The notes below the pieces were generated by a model. The model worked only from the letters and a program-made list of their open reading frames with translations. It searched no databases and was not told the origin of the DNA. The position numbers and the translations under genes are program-made. From Dicyema japonicum (taxonomy: Eukaryota > Animalia > Dicyemida), in contig RDEW01000025.1 of NCBI GenBank assembly GCA_011109175.1, forward strand, positions 93,990-157,989: DNA of 64,000 nucleotides. Reading direction: 5' to 3'. Below are positions 12,987-25,084 of the stretch, one piece after another. Position 1 is the stretch's first letter; each line of letters opens with the position of its first letter.

Positions 12987-14831
12987 ATGACAATAGTAGA
13001 CTCTTTGAGGCAGTCTATCTCACTCACAGAACGTCTATGTTCAGTTATAAATCAGTCCTACTCCAACCGACTGCTCATAAAGTTCAAATATTATCGAATT
13101 GGGAGTCCCTACCCACGACTATTTACATTTAACCCAAGTGCTTCTTCCCCTATTGGGGAGACCGTAAACAAAATAAAATTTAAACTCGACATTTTCTGCA
13201 AAAATGATATTTTGAAGAACGAAATTTATGTCAAAGAGCATGATGAGAAGATTATAAATAATGACATCTCCACATTGAGGGTTTGCGTCTAATTTATGCT
13301 TCAGGCCTTTCAAACCGGGAACCTTCTGAGTATTAACCAAATAAATTACAAAATTATCGAAAATTTGCCTGAAATTTCCGGATTTAGTCTCCCAGGTGTA
13401 CTTCACTGCAATTTCTTTATCTACCCAATAATAGAGCTACTCAACTGCTCAGAGTACCAAGTGCAGTGGTTTGTAAGCAAATCCCCACGTAAGGACAGTT
13501 TTGGCCTTTCCGCTTCAACCATAACCAAAAAATTGTTTGAATCTCTGGAAAATGACCAAAAAGGTGTAAAGCTGCCGGAGATCTTTGTTGGCCATGAAGT
13601 GAGAGCTGTCGTATTTCCGAAAAATGACTCCCAAATAGGCTTCGAAGCGATCTGTGGTGGAATCTTGAGGGAACCACCGACATTGCCGATCAGAAACTTG
13701 AAGATTAACTCTGTCAACAACGAAGACTCAAAGTATATGATTATCAATATCCTGGATGTTTAGGGTTGTGAGCTACAACGTCCTGGCTGGATCCTGTACT
13801 GTGGACTCCTACGCAAAGAACGAGCTCTATAAGTACTGCAATCCGGAGTTCCTCTGTCCAAAGTACAGGAAAGTGCTGCTTAACGAAGAAATCATCGGTA
13901 ATTCCGTTAATTATAATCATTTTGTGTATTTTTACTTCCAGGTTACAGTCCTGACATTGTTTGTCTGCAGGAAGACGATTTGGACATTGGACTGAACTCC
14001 CTGAATTCTATTTATCCCCAACGGATGTATAGAAGAACGTCTGACAAGAATCTGACGACTATTTTCCGTCAGGACAAATTCACGTGACATTTTTGCTTAA
14101 CAAAATAGTCTGATTGCTGAATTTTTTGTTGATTTGGCAGCTATATGCTTCAAGAGTCCTCATTACTCCCAAATCAGAAGTATGATGGACTCTTCTTCCC
14201 CCGAAATATCCGATCTGTTTTTCTCTCGCAAAAATTACCTCCAATGCACCGTTTTGGGTTTTCGTGGAAGCACGGAAGCCGAGTCTACCACCCTCTGCAT
14301 TGGGAACACACACCTTTATAGTCACCCCCACGCCGATGCGATCAGATTGCTGCAAGTAACCCTCTGTCTAAGTGAGATGACGATGATTTTGAACGAATTA
14401 AGCTCGAAGGTTGTTTGTTGTTTTATTTTTGGGTTATCATCCAATTCCGATGTTGTGTGGGGATTTTAACAGTTTACCTACCTCAGCTGTGTACCGATTT
14501 GCTACGGGAGACCTCATAAGGTTTGATGATGAGACTTGGAATGTGAGTGGAGTTGGGGGATTTAAGAACATAAGAGTCGATAAAATGGCTGGTATGGATC
14601 TCAGTCATTATTTGTCGTTATCCTCGGCCTTTGGGACTCCAAAATATACGCATTTTATTGAAAGGTTCTCGGGATGCCTCGATTATATCTTTTACGATAA
14701 GAAGAAACTCAATGTCCATTCATTTTCTTGAGTTTCCGGACGAAAAAGTTATAACCGAGCAGGTTGCTCTCCCAAATGAGTGGATTTCGTCTGACCATCT
14801 GGCATTGGTTGTTGATTTCTCGGTAAAGTGA
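12987..14831 (+). CDS. PDE12: 2',5'-phosphodiesterase 12 (EEP/CCR4-family deadenylase), spliced
   Basis: VVSYNVLA...LYKYC...YRKVLL..EI.GYSPDIVCLQE, NTHLYSHP, CGDFNS, FSGCLDYIFY, ALPNEWISSDHLALVVD. Confidence 0.9.
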
Positions 14832-14929
14832 ATTTTACTGATTTTTAATTATTTAATTGTAAATTTATTTTAATCATGTTTTGTTCCTTGGATCAGTGTC
14901 TCTCAACCTTTTTTTCATTTCGCCCCTCC

Positions 14930-15450
14930 CCCATAATAACTATATTCACCTGCTCTCTTGCCGTCTTAGCAGTGGCAGGATCCCGACAGGGTTTTGAAGC
15001 GCTGTTTGAGGCGGTTGGATTCTTGTCATTTATGGAATCAGTGGGTATGGATCGTGGAGATGTAAAACGCCCGGACGTGATAACTGTCTTCCCCTTCTCT
15101 TAGAGGAAATGCTTGATTTCGGATGGGGCCTGCAGCGACATTTTTTAAGTCGAGACTTTCAGGCTGCGCGTTGAAAGCTGGGGAGGCTGCTCATACAATC
15201 GAGAATTTCAAAATAAGAAAATATGACAGCCTATCAATAAGATTCTATGTACAGCCCTTAGTCGTTGTGGCGAACTTAGTCTTCGGACCAAGAAAATCTC
15301 TTTTCTAAGATCGCTCGGGTCTATGATATCGAAAGCGTGCAGCGAACGTCGGGAAACCGAGAGGTGTTCCAAAAGATTTCTCTGACAATTGTCACCACTC
15401 AATTATCTAGCTTGATTACTTTGATTTTTTGTAACGTAATAAATTATTCT
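14930..15450 (+). mobile_element. CRE-like retrotransposon 3' fragment (REL)
   Basis: DRGDVKRPDVITVFPF, ENFKIRKY; contains stops and frameshifts. Confidence 0.8.
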
Positions 15451-16278
15451 TAATTAGTAATTTCTATTAAAAGACACTTGACCTTGGTGAAGGTTTACCA
15501 GATGCTCTATATTTGGGATTCTTTTAGTAAAAGCTACTCTAATGTCTCCTCTTATGCAGATGTAAAAAATTATTACGCTCCTTCCGTATCATAAGTTTAT
15601 GTTCTCCATGTTCGATGAATTATTATTTTACTTCTTACTTTTTAAATAAAGTGAGTTCTGCCAAAGCTGAGGTTTAATAACGTAAACATTACTATTTCTT
15701 GGCACCAGGGCTGCTGAAATGCACAATATTTGCCGATCACGGATATTACATCATCATTTGCAGAGAAGATATTATGCGTTTTTTATTTGTTAAAATAAAA
15801 TAACCAGCATTGACGACAATTTCTTCATTTGCAGATTTGTAGGCATTTATCAATGAAGTTTTTTATTCTTTCGTCATTGTTTTGCCTTGTGTTTTCAATT
15901 CACTATTTTTTCCTAGTGATTTAGGATGCTTGAATTACGCGTGTTTTAACAAACGAAGTGGAATGAGCGCTTCGTCACGAAGCTCAACACCACATGGCAA
16001 TAGATCATTAGATTTTAAATAAAACCAAAGAAATATAGTTCTCTTTATTTATTTTATTTTTTAAGAGGTGATTTCTAGTACTACTTAAAACTATAACATT
16101 TATATTTTATTTCATTTAAAATTATTCGCTGTTATTCGCGGAAACGCTTACTCCGTGATGTCAGCAGCCGCTCTCCCCCATAGTTAATAAATAATATTTT
16201 ATTGTTAATAAATTTTTGTTTTATAAAAAAAAAAAAATTTTAAAATTATTAGCGTGATTTCTAATACTTCGTGATGAG

Positions 16279-17200
16279 TAGGGCGATTTTTGTCAATAAA
16301 GTCAAAAATTTATATGCTCTTTAAAAATGTTTAAAATTATTAAAATGTCGTTTTTAGTCAAAAATATTATATTAATCAAAGTTATAATGTCAAAAAAGGT
16401 CAAAATTTAATTTTTTAGGTCAATAAAGTCAAAATTTTTATTGATTTGTATTGATTTTTTAATTTTTCGAGTTTTTAAATAAAAATAAATACTAGCGTGG
16501 GATCAACTATCATCATTCATTATGTTGCCGCGTTCAATCGATAATGACATTGAAAAGAATTATTCTGTTTTGTGCTTTAACTAACTAACATTTGTAACTG
16601 AAAAAAAGCAATTTTTATTAAATCACGTAGATCGTCTAAGAAACAAATCAAATTATCAGGTTCATTATTACTATTTTATATGTGTCAATATTATACAACC
16701 CATTGATTTTCTCTTTTCATCTGCCGACATATAGGACGATAATTACACTGAGGCTTTTGTCAAATCCGATATTCCTTGCATAAGTTAAACAGTAAAAGCT
16801 TACGAGGACTTGTTGAGAATATTGACATAATCTTCCTTCTACTACGCTTGCCGAAAAAGTGTAGAAAACTTATGCCAAGAGCAGCTTTACAGATTTTATT
16901 TTCATTCATTATAGATCTGGAAATTTTTTTGATTGATGAAACTGATATCCGAGGACAGAAATATCACTTAATGGAAAAATTTCTGATCCCAAGAAAATAT
17001 TTTTAATATTTTGTCGTCATGTCCTCTGCGGCTAACTCTTCGATTACCTGTCAGATAATTGAGAATTCTAAGGAATTTTGCGAGACGCGGTAGAACACAT
17101 CAGATATTTCATTTCGGGGACGATTTATGTGGAATCAGGAAGTACTGGAATTGAGATTATCTGTCAATCGCTATTGCCGATCACAGGAAATTCTCGTCTA
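16279..17200 (+). mobile_element. hAT (CGGBP-like) transposon relic with putative terminus TAGGGCGATTTTT and GTCAAAA subterminal repeats
   Basis: EAFVKSDIP/LHKLN and IDETD motifs; the same terminal sequence occurs at 57570. Confidence 0.55.
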
Positions 17201-17461
17201 TAAACAACTCCTTTTCTGGTATTAACTTTTTTTTCTTATTAAAAAGTACTAGTTGTGATTGATTACAACTCAAAATATACAATGATCAAACTCACAAAAA
17301 GTAAAACCTATTTGGAAATGACAAAATTATGTCAAACATAATTTATTATGTTGGCACGCTTTAATTCTTCAAACCGATGACGGCAAAGCATTTTGAATGC
17401 TCACATGGAAAAATTGTACACAAAGTTCTCTATAAAGCATTTAATAGGCAGGCAAAGGGCT

Positions 17462-17661
17462 CCAAGGCCAAGTTTTTCTTGTGTGTGGGTCCTTTCTAGA
17501 CAATCCAGTTCGCAGTGGGTATCCACCGATGACGGGGGCACTTGTCAAACCCTTTTAGCATCGTAGATGCGTGGCACCTTCCACCAGGTGAACAGCAGCG
17601 AGATTCGAACCCGTAACCTTAGTCACTTTAGCCCGACACCTAACCACCATGCAACCCGGCT
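17462..17661 (-). mobile_element. tRNA-derived SINE, copy 2
   Basis: Highly similar to 6018-6235; B box GGTTCGAATC. Confidence 0.8.
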
Positions 17662-18497
17662 TAGTTAGTTTATCTAACGGAAATTTAAGGCCGTATCAGT
17701 CTTTTAAAAGGACATCGTGTTTGAATAGAATAATTTTTTCCTATAAAATTTATTTATAGACTGCTGGGAGCACGCCATAATAACGACCGAAAAACTCGGT
17801 TTCCCTAGGCAAGATCAGGCTATTTTCTACAAAGTATGGTGCTAATAACGGTGGGCTATTAAATGAGAAGGTGTCGATAGAATTACAAAATAATAATTTA
17901 ATTGATAAAAATAACTTAAAAAGCTTCATAATGTCATCTACGGCGCATAGGTAAACCAACACGTCGACCTAGTCGTCGACAAAATGGATAAAATACAGTA
18001 ACTACTCACTATGATCGGAGACTTTGTTCAAGTGTATTCAAGACCGCAATATTTTTAGGGGCGATCAACAATCCATGTCTTCATTAGATCATTTAGCCAA
18101 TCAGTATGATCCATGATCTACCAAGACTATGTGTGGAGGCATATCACGGTAGTGAGAAATACTCATCTCCTACTATGATTAAGTGTGATATTCGCCACAT
18201 AAAAAGTTGCTGAGTCATAAGGTGCAACATGTAGTAAAGAAAACCAGGATCATATCAAGGTGGACAGTGTTGTCCGAACCACGAAGTAACGACGTGAGAG
18301 GGAATCGCAACACAAAGAACCACAAAAAGTTATCTAAGATAGTTAAGAGAAGGTATGAATCTTCAACATAGTAACTTTTTTGGGTTTCTTAAATAAAGTT
18401 TTTTTTAATTATTTAATAAATAAAATAATAATTAAATTTTACTGTGGAGAACCATATTTTAATAAATAAAGCATATTATTATAATGAGATACAGATA

Positions 18498-19321
18498 ATG
18501 GTTTAATGTGTTGAATTAATTTTTTAGATAATAACACTAAGTCTATTACTACTCTTTCAAAATATCCAATGCAATTTCAAATCCGATATTCGAAGTATTA
18601 TTTTTCAATTTATTTAAGGTAATAGAGCGTATGTGTATAGATCAGATTTGATAGGTAAGAGTTGATAGTTTAAATTAACTTATTTTCTTAATTCGAATGT
18701 ATTTATAAACTATTAGAAAACAACGGAACAATGAGTAATATTGAAAAAAATATTTACAGTAAACTAAAATATGAAGATGACTTAATAAGTTGAGGTTCAG
18801 TCTAATTTCTAGATTCAATATTCCTTCCTGAAAATGTTATGCCTGAGGATCATTATTACGTTCCAAATATAGAAAGTATAAAAAATTAACTACAATTATC
18901 AAAATATTAATTTATTGTAGATAAACTCGTATTAATTGAATATTTGCTCAAAGTGAAATTAAAGAAAATCCGTGATCAGGATCTAAGATATTTCAATAGA
19001 GAGGATTCAAATCACCATCAGAACGGTATTAAATTTTGTGACTTTTAGCCCCTTTAAGAGTCAGATTTTATTCTTGGGTATGAGTGTTACTCATTATTAG
19101 ATTGATCACAACAGAAAGACTATAATTGTCTTGTTATCCTTGACTTTATCATCCATGTTAGTTATACTCCTGGTGCTGTTTTATCATAAAATCATTAAAA
19201 GGGTTGGTTACTTTGGTAAAGATTTTAGATAAAATCGAGAAAGGTCAGGATGGGAGACAAAGTTTTATCAAATTACTTATTTTAGGAACATTTGACTCAG
19301 AAAAATAATGAGTTTAGTTAG
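18498..19321 (+). CDS. Novel type-I membrane protein, paralog B
   Basis: ATG|intron|ATAATAACACTAAGTCTATTACTACTC signal; spliced frame stays open through RVRFYSW|IDHNRKTIIVLLSLTLSSMLVILLVLFY to NNEFS*. Confidence 0.75.
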
Positions 19322-19809
19322 TCTTAGTTAGAATTGGGATTATTAATTGGGTTAATGGAAATTTTTTCTTTTTTTGAATTTAGTTTAAATATATCTTATC
19401 TATGTTTTGCTCAATCACATATTCTTAAAATTTTTCTCTAGTCAAGAAGATTCGATCTAATGACTTTTCTAAAAGTATCAGTGTCACTATTTAATTGACT
19501 CATTTCTTAAATCTCTCATTTACATACACATCATTCTCATTAGCCTTTCAACGAAATTATTCACAAGAATGACGATCGATAAAACATTTTGTGGGAACAT
19601 TCAATTTTTCACCCACTATCTCTTAATGTGAGAAAACGGATGCCTGCAGGGAAGTAACAGCCAAAAGCGACGCTCCCTTAGATCAGTCATTATATGAACA
19701 TTATTTTTTCTGCTGAGATTTATTTTGTGACCTATTTCATGCATTAAATTATTATTGAAAGACAGTATCATTGAAATGAACTATTAATTTCTTGGTATGA
19801 ATGACTATT

Positions 19810-19960
19810 TGAAGGTTCCACGTATCTACGATCCTTTTTGGTTGACGAATGACGTCATCATATTTCACCATTACGGAACTAGATTGTCTTCTGGAACTCA
19901 CACATAAAAAGAAAAGATCGACAAGTCAAAAACATTTTCAATCTCTTGGATTTGCCTTGT
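19810..19960 (+). mobile_element. 5'-truncated SINE, copy 3
   Basis: gaaggttccacgtatctacgat...ggaactagattgtc...aagtcaaaaacattttcaatctcttgg. Confidence 0.7.
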
Positions 19961-20349
19961 AGTAGTAACATTACTGTTCTTATTTCTTACTGTTCTTATG
20001 CCAGGTTTAATTGACATCACTGTCAAGGCGATAGTTCTTTTTGGCTTTGAAATGACAATCAAAGACAGCATTGTGGACTATGTATCATTCTATCTTTGTA
20101 TCTTATAAATCAGACACCAATAGATGAACATGTTCGAATTATTATCATTTAACCCAGAAAAGGGAACAAGAATTTGTTAAACCATCTAAACAGGTGCGAG
20201 TGGTTTTTGAAGTTCTCCTCCCTATTACCACAGTTTTCTGTATTCAAGACACTCCTTTTTCTGCACAATTTGTAGAGGCGTGGATTTTTTCAGAACTTTT
20301 TAACGTGGTTCTAGTGACGTCAGGTAGTTCACCTTATGTTATGGCGTTC

Positions 20350-21070
20350 AGCGTCAAAAGCATGAAAAGACCCGTTTTCTTTCCCCATCGATCCGATTTG
20401 TTTGAAACCATTCTTACCCGTCAGATTTGGTTGTATCGGCCTAACATCTGGTTCCCTTCTGGAACAAGATTCCCTCCGGAATTGGATATCAATCCGTTTC
20501 AGAATTTACCGATGCCAGTCTCATCCATGCCGTTGTGGATCTATTGTGAATTGCAAAGGACTTCATCCGCTCTCTTGCTGTCTCAGCAGAGGCCGGTTCT
20601 CTAGGCATGCTGCCATCAACGGGGTTGTGAAGCGCTTTCTTGAGGCGGCTGGATTCACGCCATCTTCAGAAAAGGTGAGATTGGATCGTGGATATGGAAA
20701 GCGCCCAGACGGAGTAACTTTCTTTCCCTTCTCTTTGGGGGAATTCTTGATTTGGGATGGGGCGTGTATCAACACTTTCCTAGTTGAGACATGCTGGTTC
20801 CTTGTTGAAAGCTGGGGAGGCTGTCGGACTTTTGAGAATTTCAAGATAAAAAAATACGGCAGCCTCTCCACTAGATTCCATATACAACCCATTGTCGTCG
20901 ATACGAGTGAAGTCTTTGGCACTAAGACAGTCTCTTTTCTAAGATCGCGTGATTCAATGATATCGAAAGTCAGTCATGGTTGTTAAAGAAGGATTTCTCT
21001 GGCAGTTGTCAGGGGAAACAGCCATTCCATCCTATTAGCTAGATTATTTTAAATGTCTTGTTACGTAATA
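20350..21070 (+). mobile_element. CRE-like retrotransposon 3' part (zinc knuckle + REL)
   Basis: CRCG...HPLSC...RHAAIN...GKRPDG...IWDGAC. Confidence 0.85.
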
Positions 21071-22193
21071 AATTCTTTTTGATCTCTTAGATTATAAAAA
21101 ATGAGGAACAAATGGTTGAAGTCACATCTAATATTCAGATAAGATAATTTATGTAAAAACGTTCGTTCTAAACAAAACTACAAAAACAAGGACACTAAGG
21201 AGGAGAAAATAGCTACTTACGAATTACTAGGATAGTTGGAGTATGACTATTAAATAGGTTAATTAGAATTTTCTCTCACTAAGTTCTTTCTCTTGTGACC
21301 TATCAATTCTTCGTTTATTTATCCACTTATCGATATTTCCTAGTCATAAAAATTCGTTCTCACTAACTTTTCTAAAAAAGACCATTATAGACTGGCTATT
21401 AAATTGACATACTAATTCTCTCTTATTTTTATTTGTAACGTAAAATCATTCAAGAAAGGTACAATCAACTAATGATTTATAAAAATCATGATTCCAGGAA
21501 CATTACGAGCAGTTGACGGGTTTTCAATCTCAAGGACGACTTTTAAGTGTGGTGAGTGAATAACTTCAAGGGTAGGGCTGTGGACTACGTATTAGCTTAC
21601 TCGATCTTGGTATCTTAATTAAATCTAACTTATGCGTTCTGTCTAGGTTGAGGAGGTGGAGTCCCTCTCTTGTTATGTCTAGAATGCACTACGGAAATGA
21701 GAACTTTTCCTTTATGACATTCAATGTCATGGTCTTATGCACCACTATAAGATCTGACCTTTTTATGCCCTAAAGAATTATGGAAAATCGGTTCCGTGCT
21801 TCAGAGAGACATAAACGAACATCCAGATTGATGAGGATTATGGTGAATACAGATTTCTCTTACTACAAACAGGGTGATGACAGTATTCATTCCTTTTCTG
21901 CTCCGAAAGTCTACAAATACGCAAATACTGGAGGAGAGTTCGGAGATGTCATATGGGCAGATGGCTAAATTAGACAATGCGCGCTCGGAGCTGTTTCAGT
22001 TACAAAAATCGAACCTAAGGTGGAAGCTGGAAAATAAGGCAAGCGAGAAGGTTGCTAAAAATTAAATAGTAACTTTTTGGTTTGTTAAATAAAGTTTTTA
22101 TTTAAATTAATATATAAAATAATAATGAAATTTTACTGTGGAAAACCATATTTTAATAAATAAAGCATATTATTATAATGAGACACAGATACT

Positions 22194-23145
22194 ATGGTTT
22201 GATGTGGTGAATTAACTTTTTAGATGATAATACTAAGTCTATTACTACTCTTTCAAAATATCCAAAGCGAATTAAAAATCGAAGATCTACGTATTAATTT
22301 AATTTATTTAAGTTGAGATATCGTCTAAGTTTGGATTAATCCGAAAGGTTAGATTACTTCAATTTAACTTATTTTCTTAATTCTAATATAATTATAAACT
22401 ATTAGAAGACAACCAAAAACTAGAGACCACTGATGAAGATTCTGTCAATCATTTAAATTACAACAATGAATTAATGAGTTGAGGTTCAATCTAAATTCTA
22501 GATTCAATAATCGTTCCTGAAGATATTATTCCTCATTTAAACCATGAGAGCAAGAATAGTGAAAATCATTTTTATCCTCACGAAAAACATAGAATTGATT
22601 ATATCATGTATCCCCCTAATCACAAAATCGAGGGTTCATTCAAAAATCTTAATAATCATGAACGAAATGAGAACATTGACCTAAATAAAAATAACCATCT
22701 TCCCATAGAAGGTATAAAAGATTAACTAAAATTATTAAAATATTGATTTATTGTAGAAAAAATAAACAACCTTGTGAAATGTCTCAAAAAGAAATTGAAG
22801 AACGCATTCTCAGGAGAGCATTCAATTCACCATCATAATGGTACTAAATTTTGTGAGTTTTAGTTCCTTTCACCGTCAGACTTTATTCTTGGGTAATGAA
22901 TGTTACTTATTATTAGATCGATCACAACAGAAAAACTATAATCGTCTCTTTATTTTTGGCTTTCTCATCCTTGTTCGTTATATCCTTTGGAATGATTACT
23001 TATAAAATCATTAGAAAGGTTGGTTACTTTGGTAAAGATTTTAGATAAAATCGAGAAAGGTCAGAATGACGACTATGTTTGATCAAATTATTTATTTTAG
23101 GAATATTTGGATCAGAAAAAGCTATTCATCAACGATGAGTGCTAG
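22194..23145 (+). CDS. Novel type-I membrane protein, paralog C (two apparent 1-nt frameshifts: pseudogene or consensus error)
   Basis: Near-identical to A in signal, TM and tail; has one copy of A's 30-aa repeat unit; indels in exon 3 (~22340) and at ~23067. Confidence 0.65.
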
Positions 23146-24289
23146 TTAGTCTTACTTAGAATTGGGATTTATTGGGTTAATGGAAATTCTTTTTCTTCAG
23201 TTTATATTTAAATATATCTTATCTATGGATTCCTTAATCATATAATCTTAAAATATTTTTCTCAAAAAGATTCGATCTACTAACTTTTCAAAAGTATCAG
23301 TATCAACTATTGGTTGACTCATTTCTTACTGATTCTGTCTTATTTTCATCCTCATCCTTCTCAAATAGCCTGCAACAAAATTATTTATAAGAATGACGAT
23401 CGCTAATACATTTCGTGCGAACATCTTATTATTTACCCACTGTCTCTAAAAATTAGACAACTGATGCTTGCAGGGAGGTAGCAACCAAAAGCGACGTTCC
23501 CTTAGATCAGGGAGGTAGCAACCAAATGCGACGTTCCTTAGACGTTCCCTTAGATATGAACATTATCTTTTCTGCTGAAATTTATTTGTTTGACCTATTT
23601 CTTGCATTTTTAATTACATTATTGATCTTTCATGATATTCAAGAAAAAACATTAGAGTAAAACCTAGGATGCTCAGTTTGAAGCGCATGAAAGCTCCGAA
23701 TGATCATATCTTTCATAGTTGTTGCATTAATAGTTGCCATTGAAAATTGGATTATTGTGTTGGACATTCACATTATTGATGAGATTTGACTAGTAACTAA
23801 AATCCGTCATTTTTTTGGGTTTTTATTAATCTTAATTCGTATGATTCATTACTTCTTCAATTCGCACATGAATAAGTAGTTCATGTCGACCTAAATTTAT
23901 TATTTATCATAATTTTCGTGCAGAATTAAGTCATTAAATAACAGAGAAAAAGTTATCTAATATGGAACAGTTCGACAATGATATCCATAAACAGGTGGCT
24001 AGGTATGTATGGGATTGACAAAAGTGTCTAATGTCTAGCTTTTATTCTGTCAATAGGAGTCGATCGGTTTGCCTAGTAGCTGATGGCAATTGGCTAAGTA
24101 CTGGAGATTTACAGAGTGTTGTGGACTATGCATCAGCGAAATCAACTCCGATGTCTTTATTAAATCCGAATTATTAGTTGCTATAAAGTCTATGTTCGGG
24201 CAGCATGCGTTTTATCATGATTTTAGTGGGAGAAGTAATAAAAATAATAATTGAATTTGATATAAATTTTTTCATATCCTGTATTTTCC

Positions 24290-25010
24290 CTCTCTGGAGG
24301 TTATCCCTCGTCCATCAATCTTAGACCGTTATGACTAAGAGGTTCTCCAGGCCATGTTAGCGGAGGACCTTAACTTCAACGATTTCCGAACTTCAATGAT
24401 TCAATAAAGTTGGCAGCACCTCATCCTCTCGTAGACGGTTCAATCTAGTCAGTTACCCCGATCTTAATGACATGTAGAAACCAGGTCAATGCGCATCAAA
24501 ATGAGAATGTTTGATAATATCATCAAACTTGTCAGGTGAGAGATGGTTAAACTCAGATCCATCCAAGAGGCAGAAAGGTCCCGAGCGGATGTGCTAAATG
24601 ATTCTTCTGAAATCTCTCTCGAAGGTTTATCCGAATTGTCTATTTGTTTATTTATTGAACCAACAAACCACCGTCATATCCAAAATAACAAAATTCAGGT
24701 GATCCCAGCCTCCCTCAACAGTTTCCGAATCTTTTCTCGGTATTCCGAGTGCGTTCCTGAGCATTTCCGATATGGATGGGGTCCGCATACTCGAGTACTT
24801 CGCAGGGGCACTGTTCCAGCCTGTTCCTCTATCATATTTTCTAGGTTTCTTGGCAGAATTTCCACTCGGGAATATTTCCTTAGTAGGTTTGCTGGCTTCA
24901 CTTGAATGCTGCATATCTTGTACAAATTCGTTGCAGAAAGGTTAGATCCCCAGATATTACATGCGTATCCAATTGTAGTCTCGATGAACTGTTTGTATCT
25001 ATGGCGGCAG
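24290..25010 (-). mobile_element. Jockey-like LINE 3' fragments
   Basis: YKQFIETTIGYA; ORF ends LLREAGIT*. Confidence 0.65.
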
Positions 25011-25084
25011 GGACATCTTTTTTATCAATTTTATAAATGCTGTAAATTTTTTATTATAATTAAAATATTTAAATTAATTTATTA

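Noticed and set aside
23471-23555. 37-bp tandem duplication, single-copy in the paralogous flank at ~19647
   Set aside because: Local slippage or assembly artefact; no functional sign
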